Part shown: positions 8,208 through 15,406 of the stretch, one piece after another | Layout of the letters: each line of letters begins with the position of its first letter | How positions within the stretch are numbered: position 1 is the first letter of the stretch | Origin: Pseudodesulfovibrio piezophilus C1TLV30 | Lineage (GTDB): Bacteria > Desulfobacterota > Desulfovibrionia > Desulfovibrionales > Desulfovibrionaceae | Reading direction: 5' to 3' | Assembly (NCBI RefSeq): GCF_000341895.1 | Contig: NC_020409.1 | Coordinates: 2,370,001 to 2,402,000 of the forward strand | DNA: 32,000 nucleotides | Translations under genes and position numbers: made by a program | The notes under the pieces: generated by a model | Seen by the model: only the letters and a program-made list of their open reading frames with translations | Told to the model about the DNA's origin: nothing | Databases searched by the model: none

Positions 8208-8543
8208 TTAGATTTCGAATTCCGAGCCGCATTGATTGCAGCGATATTCAGAGATGACATGCCGGTCGATATGCTCACCGACCTGGTTGCCAACTGCAGA
8301 GCCTGCAAAGAAGCCAGCTAAGGCCCCGGCCAGCCCTCCCGCAAGAAGGCCAAGCCCGGTACCTACGACCGGAATGACCGAGCCGATGACCGCGCCCGTG
8401 ACTGCGCCAGAGGACGCGCCGTAGTATCCACAAGCTCCACCGGCGACTCCTCCAACCGCCGTTCCGATTTTCTGGGTGGTGTTGACCAATACGACGTGAA
8501 TCGAGCTGTCACAGGTCGGGCATTTGGGGATCTCAGTGTCCAT
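8208..8543 (-). CDS. Split zinc-ribbon protein with a central glycine-zipper membrane segment (111 aa)
   Basis: An SD (GAGGA) precedes the ATG. CPTC (N-terminal) and CNQC (C-terminal) flank about 70 aa of G/A-rich GxxxG repeats (GTAVGGVAGGACGYYGASSGAVTGAVIGSVIPVVGTGLGLLAGGLAGALAGFFAGSAVG). Confidence 0.7.
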   Translation of the reverse strand: MDTEIPKCPTCDSSIHVVLVNTTQKIGTAVGGVAGGACGYYGASSGAVTGAVIGSVIPVVGTGLGLLAGGLAGALAGFFAGSAVGNQVGEHIDRHVISEYRCNQCGSEFEI

Positions 8544-8566
8544 GTTTTCCTCGTGATTGTGGTAGG

Positions 8567-10156
8567 TTATTTAATGAGCGCACCCCGCAGCATGCCGAAC
8601 ATGGCCGGGGCTAACTCGGGCAGGTCGTTGATGGTACGGCTGTGATGGGGAAGCAGTTGGGTGATGGCCTCGGACAGGATGCCCAGACCGTAGATCTCGA
8701 CGCCGAAACGCCTGCCTTCTTCAATGGCATCGAGTGCCACGTTGAATGAATCAGGATCACCGTCTGTCAGGAGCAAGACGATCTTTCGCGATTCGGAGAG
8801 CGGCATCATCTGTTGCAGCACCCACCAAAAGGCTTCGCCGAGCGGCGTGCATCCTGTTGCGCTGACGGCGAAGTTGTCATGCAACCTTTCACCGTGCTTC
8901 AGGATTGGGCAGATCGTAGGACCACTATCGTTGCCATTGCCTCCATCCGTCGGAGTGCCAGCCGGAAAAGCTGTAACGCCGACGTTGATCCCGTCGATGG
9001 CTGCCAAGGCTGTAGCCACAGCATGGCAAACCTGAGTGGTCAGCTTGATGCGGCGTCGCATGGAACCAGAGCAATCAAGCAGGATGTGGACGGCTGTGTT
9101 GATCCCAACTTTGCGCCCATCACGTCTGAAGACGCGAGCATCTGCCACCGACAATCGGTGCAGTTGTCGTGCGTCCAGTCGGCCATGGCGTCCGATTTTG
9201 GTTCGTTTCAGCACTGATGATTGCAGCAGTCCCTGGAGTTGCGTCCTTAGGGCGATCGACGCCCGCTTTGTTGCAGTAGCGTCTTCCGGTGCTATCGGCT
9301 TCGTGGTCTTGTTGCCCAACTGCGCCACACGCAACGACTCATTCAAGTCAGACGGTGTTTCCTTGTTCAAGCTCTCGGCCAACCGGTCTCCCAGGTCAAA
9401 CGGCAGCTCATTTTCATCGATACTCAGCAGACACTCCAGCAGCCGCCTTGAGACCTTAGAAGGTATCCCATCAGGCGCACCGTTTTTGGCTGTCCTCTCT
9501 GACTTTGAGCCCCCATTTTGCTGGGGCTGAGAGGTCGTTTTATCTTTAAGAATAGAAACGACCTCTCTTGCGTACAAGATGCAATCCTGCGTGGAATCAC
9601 AACAAGCATACACCTTTTGCAAAACCAGATTCAGCCTCGCAATGAGACCGGGAAACTCCGTTTCGACAGATGCCCCGACCTGATCCCGCTGGCCGCCCAA
9701 CGAGGGTACATCCCACGCTCGCACCGACAGTAACAGCCAATTGAGAATGGCCATGGCCGGATCATCTGTTTGCTCGGAGTCATTGCCGAACAAATGCCGA
9801 ATCAACCAATTGAAGTTCTGGCGGCAACCAGGGAACAACCGGGCCAGCCGGTGTTCAACCCGCCAATCTTCAAACGTATTCCAGACGTGCATCTCAAGAG
9901 GCGTCAGGTTGGCAAGTTTCAGCCAATCGAAGCGGGTTTCTCGGATATGGGCTGCCTCGTGATCTACAAATCCACGAGCCAAACCGATGAGCGTTTCGTT
10001 GCATTCCAACGGCAGCGCAGGGAGATGGATAATGCTTCCATCAGTATAGGCCCCCTTGCCGCCGATGACGACTTTCACGCCATACTTGCGCCCAAGCACA
10101 GATGCCACCATTGGGAGCGATTTCATAAGCAATTGGTTCTTCATGACAATCACCAC
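8567..10156 (-). CDS. vWA-domain protein with N-terminal HExxH-containing region (CobT-like / MoxR-partner type)
   Basis: The 529-aa ORF has the MIDAS motif ILLDCSGSM (DxSxS), plus GCTPLGEA and VLLLTDGDPD. The N-terminal region contains VDHEAAHIRE (HExxH). It is encoded downstream of a CobS-like AAA+ ATPase. Confidence 0.85.
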   Translation of the reverse strand: MVIVMKNQLLMKSLPMVASVLGRKYGVKVVIGGKGAYTDGSIIHLPALPLECNETLIGLARGFVDHEAAHIRETRFDWLKLANLTPLEMHVWNTFEDWRVEHRLARLFPGCRQNFNWLIRHLFGNDSEQTDDPAMAILNWLLLSVRAWDVPSLGGQRDQVGASVETEFPGLIARLNLVLQKVYACCDSTQDCILYAREVVSILKDKTTSQPQQNGGSKSERTAKNGAPDGIPSKVSRRLLECLLSIDENELPFDLGDRLAESLNKETPSDLNESLRVAQLGNKTTKPIAPEDATATKRASIALRTQLQGLLQSSVLKRTKIGRHGRLDARQLHRLSVADARVFRRDGRKVGINTAVHILLDCSGSMRRRIKLTTQVCHAVATALAAIDGINVGVTAFPAGTPTDGGNGNDSGPTICPILKHGERLHDNFAVSATGCTPLGEAFWWVLQQMMPLSESRKIVLLLTDGDPDSFNVALDAIEEGRRFGVEIYGLGILSEAITQLLPHHSRTINDLPELAPAMFGMLRGALIK

Positions 10157-10250
10157 AAGCCATGGCTATCGATCTGATGATACACCGGTTCAGGAACGAA
10201 CTTGGCCTTGCTAGGCTTCTTTTCAGGAATCGGCGGAATCGTATCCGCGA

Positions 10251-11108
10251 CTAGACCGGCCAGAATTTCGGATGAGTCCTGCCATCCAGAATTTTCTGAC
10301 CATGAGCAACAAGCGTAGTAGGATCACGAAGCAGCGAGACAACGCCTTGCAGCATCACCAGGGCACTCCCCTGAATATGCCCGCGCTTGGGCACACGGTT
10401 GAATGCCGTCTCCAGCAAATCTACCACCGGCACCACGCGAGGCTCAACAAAGCTCAGACCTGCCAGCTTGCCATGGATGGAACGCAAAGGGGAAAGCGCC
10501 TTGTGCGTCACCTTGTCTTTGCCCTCGAAGCATCGCTTCCAGGTGTCGGCAGCAGCCTTGCCAACCTCATCGAAGAGTGTGCCGCCAAGCTCATTGACCT
10601 CATCCTGCAGACCATGCCCTACGGCATTGTCCGTAGGCGGCAGCAATTTGAAAAATTGCCACCTAAAGCCCAACCGATTACGGACATAATCCGCACTCAC
10701 TGAAGACGAGCCGATCAAGCTTTCCCAGCCAGGATGCTGCACGATCCAGTTTTTGACGGCCTCATCGTACCGATTAAGGAATTGCTCTTTCGCATTCAGG
10801 AAGTCGTCCCGAATGGTAGTCAGTTCGGCCACGATCTCATCGGCCTTGTCTTCTGGAATACCCCAGCCGCCCAGAAAACGGACGCCGGTCCGATCCAACA
10901 GACTCACGGCGCGGGCCTTTAATGTACCGAAAATCCGCAACTCCCTGGGGTCGCGAATCTTTTTACTGCCAAGCGAAGCCAGTTCCTCCGGCGGCAACTC
11001 AGCACCACCAAAGTCGGCATGCGTCAGCTTCTTGCGTGCCGTCCAGATCTTCACATCGAGATTCAGAGCAATCAGGTTGTCGAGAATAGTAATATCCGTA
11101 TTCATCAT
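10251..11108 (-). CDS. Hypothetical protein, middle gene of the AAA+/vWA trio (possibly DUF3150-like, from memory only)
   Basis: The 285-aa ORF has a start that overlaps the AAA+ stop (ATGA at 11105-11108). I see no catalytic motif. The family assignment is a recollection of AAA+/DUF3150/CobT-like trios on plasmids and ICEs, and it was not verified. Confidence 0.7.
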   Translation of the reverse strand: MMNTDITILDNLIALNLDVKIWTARKKLTHADFGGAELPPEELASLGSKKIRDPRELRIFGTLKARAVSLLDRTGVRFLGGWGIPEDKADEIVAELTTIRDDFLNAKEQFLNRYDEAVKNWIVQHPGWESLIGSSSVSADYVRNRLGFRWQFFKLLPPTDNAVGHGLQDEVNELGGTLFDEVGKAAADTWKRCFEGKDKVTHKALSPLRSIHGKLAGLSFVEPRVVPVVDLLETAFNRVPKRGHIQGSALVMLQGVVSLLRDPTTLVAHGQKILDGRTHPKFWPV

Positions 11109-12094
11109 GATTTATTCTCCTCTTGTTGCGGGAATATGCGTTGCGCGAGCTCGTGTAGCACCGTCCGGGTCTCCGGCGTGGCGCGATAGGCGAGAGCGCG
11201 ATCAAGCGCATAGGTCACGGGTTGAATGCCCTGTCGGGCTAACGGTTGGAATCGGACGGTCAAATCCGCCCATCGGATGAGGGTACGAGTCGAGAAGGTG
11301 ACTTCAATGGTTTCGCGGTAATTGCCGTCCGCCTCACCCATGAAGAGCTTGCGCACCTCGTTGGCGTATTCCACCATCTTCGTACGCACTTCCTTGGGGA
11401 GATTCGGACCTTTACGATGGAGCAACTCCTGCTCATCCTCGGATTTGGGGTATCCGATTTCGCACAGCCAAAAGCGGTCCATGAAGGCGAGGTTTTGCCT
11501 TAATGTTCCTTGGTACAGGCCTGTTTCGTCTGTCCCGCCATTGGTGTTGGCCGTGGCCGCAAATCGAAACAGAGGATGCGGCTTGATGACTTCACCGCCA
11601 TTCTCAGGGATGCACAACGGATCGCCGTCCAGGATACTGTTCAAGCCAGCTGCAGTCGCCGGATCGAGCAGGTCGATTTCGTTGAGCAGGAAGAGACCAC
11701 CGAACTTCATGGCAAGCGCAAGTGGGCCGTACTGGAAGGCCATATTGGAATATTCCACGGTCAGGTGGCCGACCATATCGGGGAACTCTAGCCGACCATG
11801 CCCGGTGATATCGAAGACAGGGGAATTGAGTTTCGCGGCAAGCTGTTTGATGAGGCTCGTTTTGCCGCTGCCAGCCGGTCCGAACACATAGAGCGGGTCT
11901 GATGAGTCCATAAACCAGACAACAGCGTCACGACTGGAATCGTGGAACAGATATTCCGGGTTGAGGTCAGGGGTGAACGAAGATGCGGATGCAAAGCCGC
12001 GCACTGTTCGTTTAGAATTTTTACCGCTGAAAATTGCACCGGCATCATGTTCAGCAGGCTGCAACGCCTTAAATTCTTTGAGGATATCGCTCAT
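11105..12094 (-). CDS. CobS-like / MoxR-type AAA+ ATPase
   Basis: I placed the start at ATG 12094, 6 nt after an AAGGAG SD (12101-12106). Walker A is FGPAGSGKT and Walker B-like is LFLLNEID. The protein is collinear with cobaltochelatase CobS as I recall it (LNPEYLF, KPHPLFRFAATANT, TGLYQGTLRQNLAFMDRF, FSTRTLIRWA). Confidence 0.9.
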   Translation of the reverse strand: MSDILKEFKALQPAEHDAGAIFSGKNSKRTVRGFASASSFTPDLNPEYLFHDSSRDAVVWFMDSSDPLYVFGPAGSGKTSLIKQLAAKLNSPVFDITGHGRLEFPDMVGHLTVEYSNMAFQYGPLALAMKFGGLFLLNEIDLLDPATAAGLNSILDGDPLCIPENGGEVIKPHPLFRFAATANTNGGTDETGLYQGTLRQNLAFMDRFWLCEIGYPKSEDEQELLHRKGPNLPKEVRTKMVEYANEVRKLFMGEADGNYRETIEVTFSTRTLIRWADLTVRFQPLARQGIQPVTYALDRALAYRATPETRTVLHELAQRIFPQQEENKS

Positions 12095-12119
12095 AGTTTT
12101 CTCCTTAGGAAATAGAAAA

Positions 12120-12149
12120 GCCCCTGCTCCACATGAGTGGAGCAGGGGC
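12120..12149 (-). terminator. Intrinsic-terminator-like hairpin in the leader of the AAA+ operon (terminator or attenuator)
   Basis: A perfect 13-bp stem (GCCCCTGCTCCAC-ATGA-GTGGAGCAGGGGC) is followed on the minus strand by TTTTCTATTT, then the SD and ATG within 25 nt. Confidence 0.55.
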
Positions 12150-12382
12150 ATAATCCGCTTTGTATTGAGAGGCTAAAAAAGATTCATTCTTATATGAATA
12201 ATATATGTCTGAAATTTAGCGAAGAGCACATCCATGTCCAAAAGTTTTTTGAAAATGATTATGTTGCTCTTTAAACTTTGGGATCAATGTATACTTTATT
12301 GCTTTGGTAATACAAAATTAATAAAAGCTATATCTTACAGCACTGCAATAGAGGTCTGTCACTATAGCGAGAGGTGTTTCAC

Positions 12383-13300
12383 TTAGTTACAAAAGCCAGA
12401 TGATGAGCATTCGGCTGAAAGAGCGTGCTCGTATTTTCCGGATATATATGCGCCCGCTCCACAATACCCACTGCCAACATATAGTTTAAGTGTTCTATAA
12501 TCTTCGGAAAAATCAAAACTTGAACCTGGGATGCTGTCAAAAACCATTTTCCCATTTGATTCAACCAGCTTGCCTTCAACATCACAAGTTGAATATGTGG
12601 ACGGATTCATGCTCATTCCAAATGCAAAGTGCATTTTTTTGTCATTAATTATGACAAGCTCTGCATTCATGTCATTACTCTTGTAATAGTATGTGTGGAT
12701 TTTCCCATTGGGAAGCGAGGCAAAATATGGCTCCATCAATTCATTGACACGCTTCAACAAGGCAGCCTTCGATGGTTGGGCAGGGGCTGGAGCTGCCGTG
12801 GACGCGGGGGGAGTTTGAGAGGGGCCCTTTTTAGGCTCCGCTTCCTTAGGCAGTAAGATTGAAAAATCATTATTCGCGATTGCACAAAAGAGTAGTGGGC
12901 CTACTTCATTCTCTTTTTTTCCGCCATTTATTGAGGTGTAAGGTAAAATGCGCAGCATCCTCTCAATATCGATTGCGTATTCAAAAAGGAATCCAATTTC
13001 CATTGTTGAAATCGTCGAATTAATTTGAGGGTGCTTATCCTTTAAGCCTTCTACATCAAGGTTGATTGTTAGCAGTGTTTTCTCGATGCCGTCATTGTCA
13101 TTCAGAATTTTCCACTCGTAACTCTCTATGAAATCACAATCATCTAAAGCGTCAACTAGTGTCATACTCCTATCGAATTCACCGGAATTGCAAACCTCAG
13201 ATACAGGACTATCCCCAGCGACTTTTTCAACTTCTCCTGACGAGCAACCTAGAAGAGCGAAGAACGTGAAGATTGTCATAATACACATTGCTTTTTTCAT
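12383..13300 (-). CDS. Lipoprotein, hypothetical (305 aa)
   Basis: Signal peptide with a lipobox (FFALLGC/SSG), a P/A/S-rich linker (PSQTPPASTAAPAPAQPS) and a Cys-rich C-terminus. It sits in a low-GC block. Confidence 0.7.
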   Translation of the reverse strand: MKKAMCIMTIFTFFALLGCSSGEVEKVAGDSPVSEVCNSGEFDRSMTLVDALDDCDFIESYEWKILNDNDGIEKTLLTINLDVEGLKDKHPQINSTISTMEIGFLFEYAIDIERMLRILPYTSINGGKKENEVGPLLFCAIANNDFSILLPKEAEPKKGPSQTPPASTAAPAPAQPSKAALLKRVNELMEPYFASLPNGKIHTYYYKSNDMNAELVIINDKKMHFAFGMSMNPSTYSTCDVEGKLVESNGKMVFDSIPGSSFDFSEDYRTLKLYVGSGYCGAGAYISGKYEHALSAECSSSGFCN

Positions 13301-13497
13301 ATTATTACCTTCTGTTAATGGTTATAATTGTTTATAGCTTTCGCTTGGATGTCGCCAAGAATACTATCGCAGAAATAATAAAAATTACGGCAATATCTGA
13401 AAAATCTCCAAATGGAGACAGAAAAGATGAAAATAGCCACAATACCCCAACAAGCCCTCCTAAAAGGACAAGGCATCCCCAGAAACTCTTATTGCTA

Positions 13498-14586
13498 TCA
13501 GGCATACTGGGCCTCCCTATCTCGGTAATCCTGAGGAGGCTTGGGCTGCCACTCGTTGGCTTTCTGCTTGGCTTGGTTAACCTCTTCAGGCTTCAATTCT
13601 CTTTCCAGTGACTCTAGTAGCTTCGATGCTTCCTCACTGTGTTGTTTTTTTGAAGCGACCAAGGCGAGAGTGTACGCCATTCTCGGGTTTCGTTTTGTAA
13701 TCCATCCCTTGGCGTAGGAGTTTGCGATCCACAACTGTGATTCCGTATGGCCTTGAAGTGCTGCACGGCTTAACCAGCGCCATCCAATCTGGTCGTTTTG
13801 GTCAAGTCCATTTCCTGAGAGGTATAACTTTCCAAGATTAAAAATTGCTTCTGTTTGTCCCCGTTCAGCAGATGATCTCATAAATTCCAAGGCACGCTTT
13901 TCATTATACCACTCGTATCCATCCATTTGGTATAGTTCGCTGAGAACAAAGCAAACCTCAGGATCGTTGCTTGTGTCGCATGATTGTAGCTTTTCGAATG
14001 CCAGATAGTAGTCGCCAGCCTTAAATGCAGCTAACCCTTGAATAGGACTCTCGTCTGGTTTTATGGTTTCGTTTGTTGGTTTCTTTTCAACTTCATTGTT
14101 TGTCTGATTTATGTGTCCGCATGACGGGCATTTCCATGTCATTTGATTTTTGGCTACAGCGAAAAACCAAATAATCCCCCAAATAAGCGAGGTGGACAGT
14201 GCGAGTAAATTATGTAGGCAATAATTGGTCTTGTTTTTGGTCGGAATAACGTCTTCGTTGCAGTTCAAGCAAGTGAGTGTTTCTGGTGTTTTTTTCTCTT
14301 CTGATAAATCTACTGATTTATATATGAATTTTGCCACTAGATATGAGACACCGCCTCCAGTAAAAGTCCCTATAAACAACGGCATGAGTTTGCTAAAAGG
14401 CAAGCCCATATCGTTGATAACGTACGGTGCGCAAAATAATAGTCCAATATTTGCGATGAAAAAGAGCGAAGATATAACAAGGCCAGCCTTTCTCCAAGAC
14501 CCATATCCAGGATTTCGACGATAGTGATTCAGTGAACAAAAAGCTAAAACTATAACCATTCCCCACGCAATGCCTAACCAAAACAT
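13498..14586 (-). CDS. Membrane protein with split zinc ribbon and C-terminal Sel1-like repeats (362 aa)
   Basis: The ORF has N-terminal TM helices. CLNC and CPSC motifs flank another TM helix. Sel1-type repeats follow (RSSAERGQTEAIFNLGKLYLSGNGLDQNDQIGWRWLSRAALQGHTESQLWIANSYAKG). Confidence 0.7.
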   Translation of the reverse strand: MFWLGIAWGMVIVLAFCSLNHYRRNPGYGSWRKAGLVISSLFFIANIGLLFCAPYVINDMGLPFSKLMPLFIGTFTGGGVSYLVAKFIYKSVDLSEEKKTPETLTCLNCNEDVIPTKNKTNYCLHNLLALSTSLIWGIIWFFAVAKNQMTWKCPSCGHINQTNNEVEKKPTNETIKPDESPIQGLAAFKAGDYYLAFEKLQSCDTSNDPEVCFVLSELYQMDGYEWYNEKRALEFMRSSAERGQTEAIFNLGKLYLSGNGLDQNDQIGWRWLSRAALQGHTESQLWIANSYAKGWITKRNPRMAYTLALVASKKQHSEEASKLLESLERELKPEEVNQAKQKANEWQPKPPQDYRDREAQYA

Positions 14587-14884
14587 ATAGCCTCTCTGAA
14601 TCAGGATAAATGTTACATAACAAGCAGTAAAACACCTGTTTGCGTAAACAATTATTTAAAATAAGCATAGTGTTAATTTATTTTATACTACACATTCCAT
14701 ATTTCGTATTTGTGGAGCCTGTCGTGTAAAGACAGAGGACTCTGCCTAATTCAGAGCCTCAAAAATGTGGATGTCTATTAACACTCTTCAGATGCACATT
14801 TTGGCCTGTTTCAGATTCAAGGCAAGAAACCCATTCGTACTATCTAGTACAGATGCCTTAGAGGGCTATTTAAGCCAAAATAAA

Positions 14885-14911
14885 AGCCCCTCGGTAATGT
14901 GCTGAGGGGCT
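14885..14911 (-). terminator. Rho-independent terminator (minus strand)
   Basis: The stem is AGCCCCTC-(11-nt loop)-GAGGGGCT, followed on the minus strand by TTTTATTTT (complement of 14877-14885). Confidence 0.6.
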
Positions 14912-15219
14912 GAATTGGCTAACGGCTGAAACCAGATCATTGTGGCTGGAGTTTATAAGGAGCTAACGAGACGAACAAAACTCGTGGTAAACGCGTCGTT
15001 ACTGGAGCCCTGTTGAGTGGGATGGAGTTCCCCTGCCGTCTGGGACGCCTGTTCGCCTTTCAATGATTAATGGTAGCTCAACGGTCCTTTCGGGGGAAAA
15101 TCCGGTCACGACTCAACCCCTAACAGAGCGGCTTAATCAGAGCTTCCGTATCAGAAGCTGACGTTGACAGGATCGATATAACCTATTTGGGCCCAGATTA
15201 TTTATGGGTGGCTTAACCG

Positions 15220-15247
15220 ATCATACTGTTTATCCTCTCGTCTACAA
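15220..15247 (-). promoter_or_regulatory. Putative sigma70 promoter reading into the ORF-free segment
   Basis: On the minus strand the sequence reads TTGTAG (15247-15242), a 16-nt spacer, then TATGAT (15225-15220). Confidence 0.3.
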
Positions 15248-15275
15248 GCTTCAGGTTTGTCTGTTTGTATAACAA

Positions 15276-15307
15276 AAAGCGCATGCCACCCTTATGGCAT
15301 GCGCTTT
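15276..15307. terminator. Bidirectional terminator-like hairpin upstream of hsdM
   Basis: A perfect 13-bp stem (AAAGCGCATGCCA-CCCTTA-TGGCATGCGCTTT) has T-rich tracts on both strands (TTTTTGTTAT on minus, TTTAATTGTCTTGTTTT on plus). Confidence 0.6.
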
Positions 15308-15406
15308 AATTGTCTTGTTTTCTATAAGCATAATTCGTGTTTCACATTTCCGTGCCCGTGTATTATGACTTTTCCCAATCGTACTGAATCTGAAAAGGAA
15401 AACGAA

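Noticed and set aside
8567-12094. Reading the CobS-like and CobT-like genes as genuine aerobic cobaltochelatase subunits
   Set aside because: No cobN or any other cobalamin pathway gene is nearby. An unrelated gene is wedged between the two with start/stop overlap. The locus lies inside a horizontally acquired island and is followed by small membrane proteins. I also looked for a B12-box riboswitch in the neighbouring non-coding regions and did not see one.
12095-12151. 19-codon N-terminal extension of the CobS-like ATPase in the ORF track
   Set aside because: It would be encoded by the terminator hairpin itself. ATG 12094 has an ideal AAGGAG SD at 6-nt spacing.
13315-13476. 53-codon minus-strand ORF (MPCPFRRACWGIVAIFIFSVSIWRFF...) between the Sel1 and lipoprotein genes
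   Set aside because: It is hydrophobic and could be a membrane microprotein. It has no convincing SD, its composition is odd (many Phe/Tyr/Cys from AT-rich DNA), and it falls below any length where chance can be excluded. I left it unannotated.
14912-15275. Interpreting the ORF-free segment as tmRNA, RNase P RNA, a group II intron domain V/VI or a cobalamin riboswitch
   Set aside because: The diagnostic sequence elements are absent on both strands. These are the tRNA-like 3' end with tag ORF, the conserved RNase P helices, the domain V GAGC...GUUC hairpin and the B12 box. The segment is kept only as an unclassified RNA candidate.
15257-15406. N-terminal 50-codon extension of hsdM in the ORF track
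   Set aside because: The extension would translate through the perfect 13-bp terminator hairpin (15276-15307) and has no SD. The conserved HsdM N-terminus begins at the ATG at 15407, which has an AAGGA SD.
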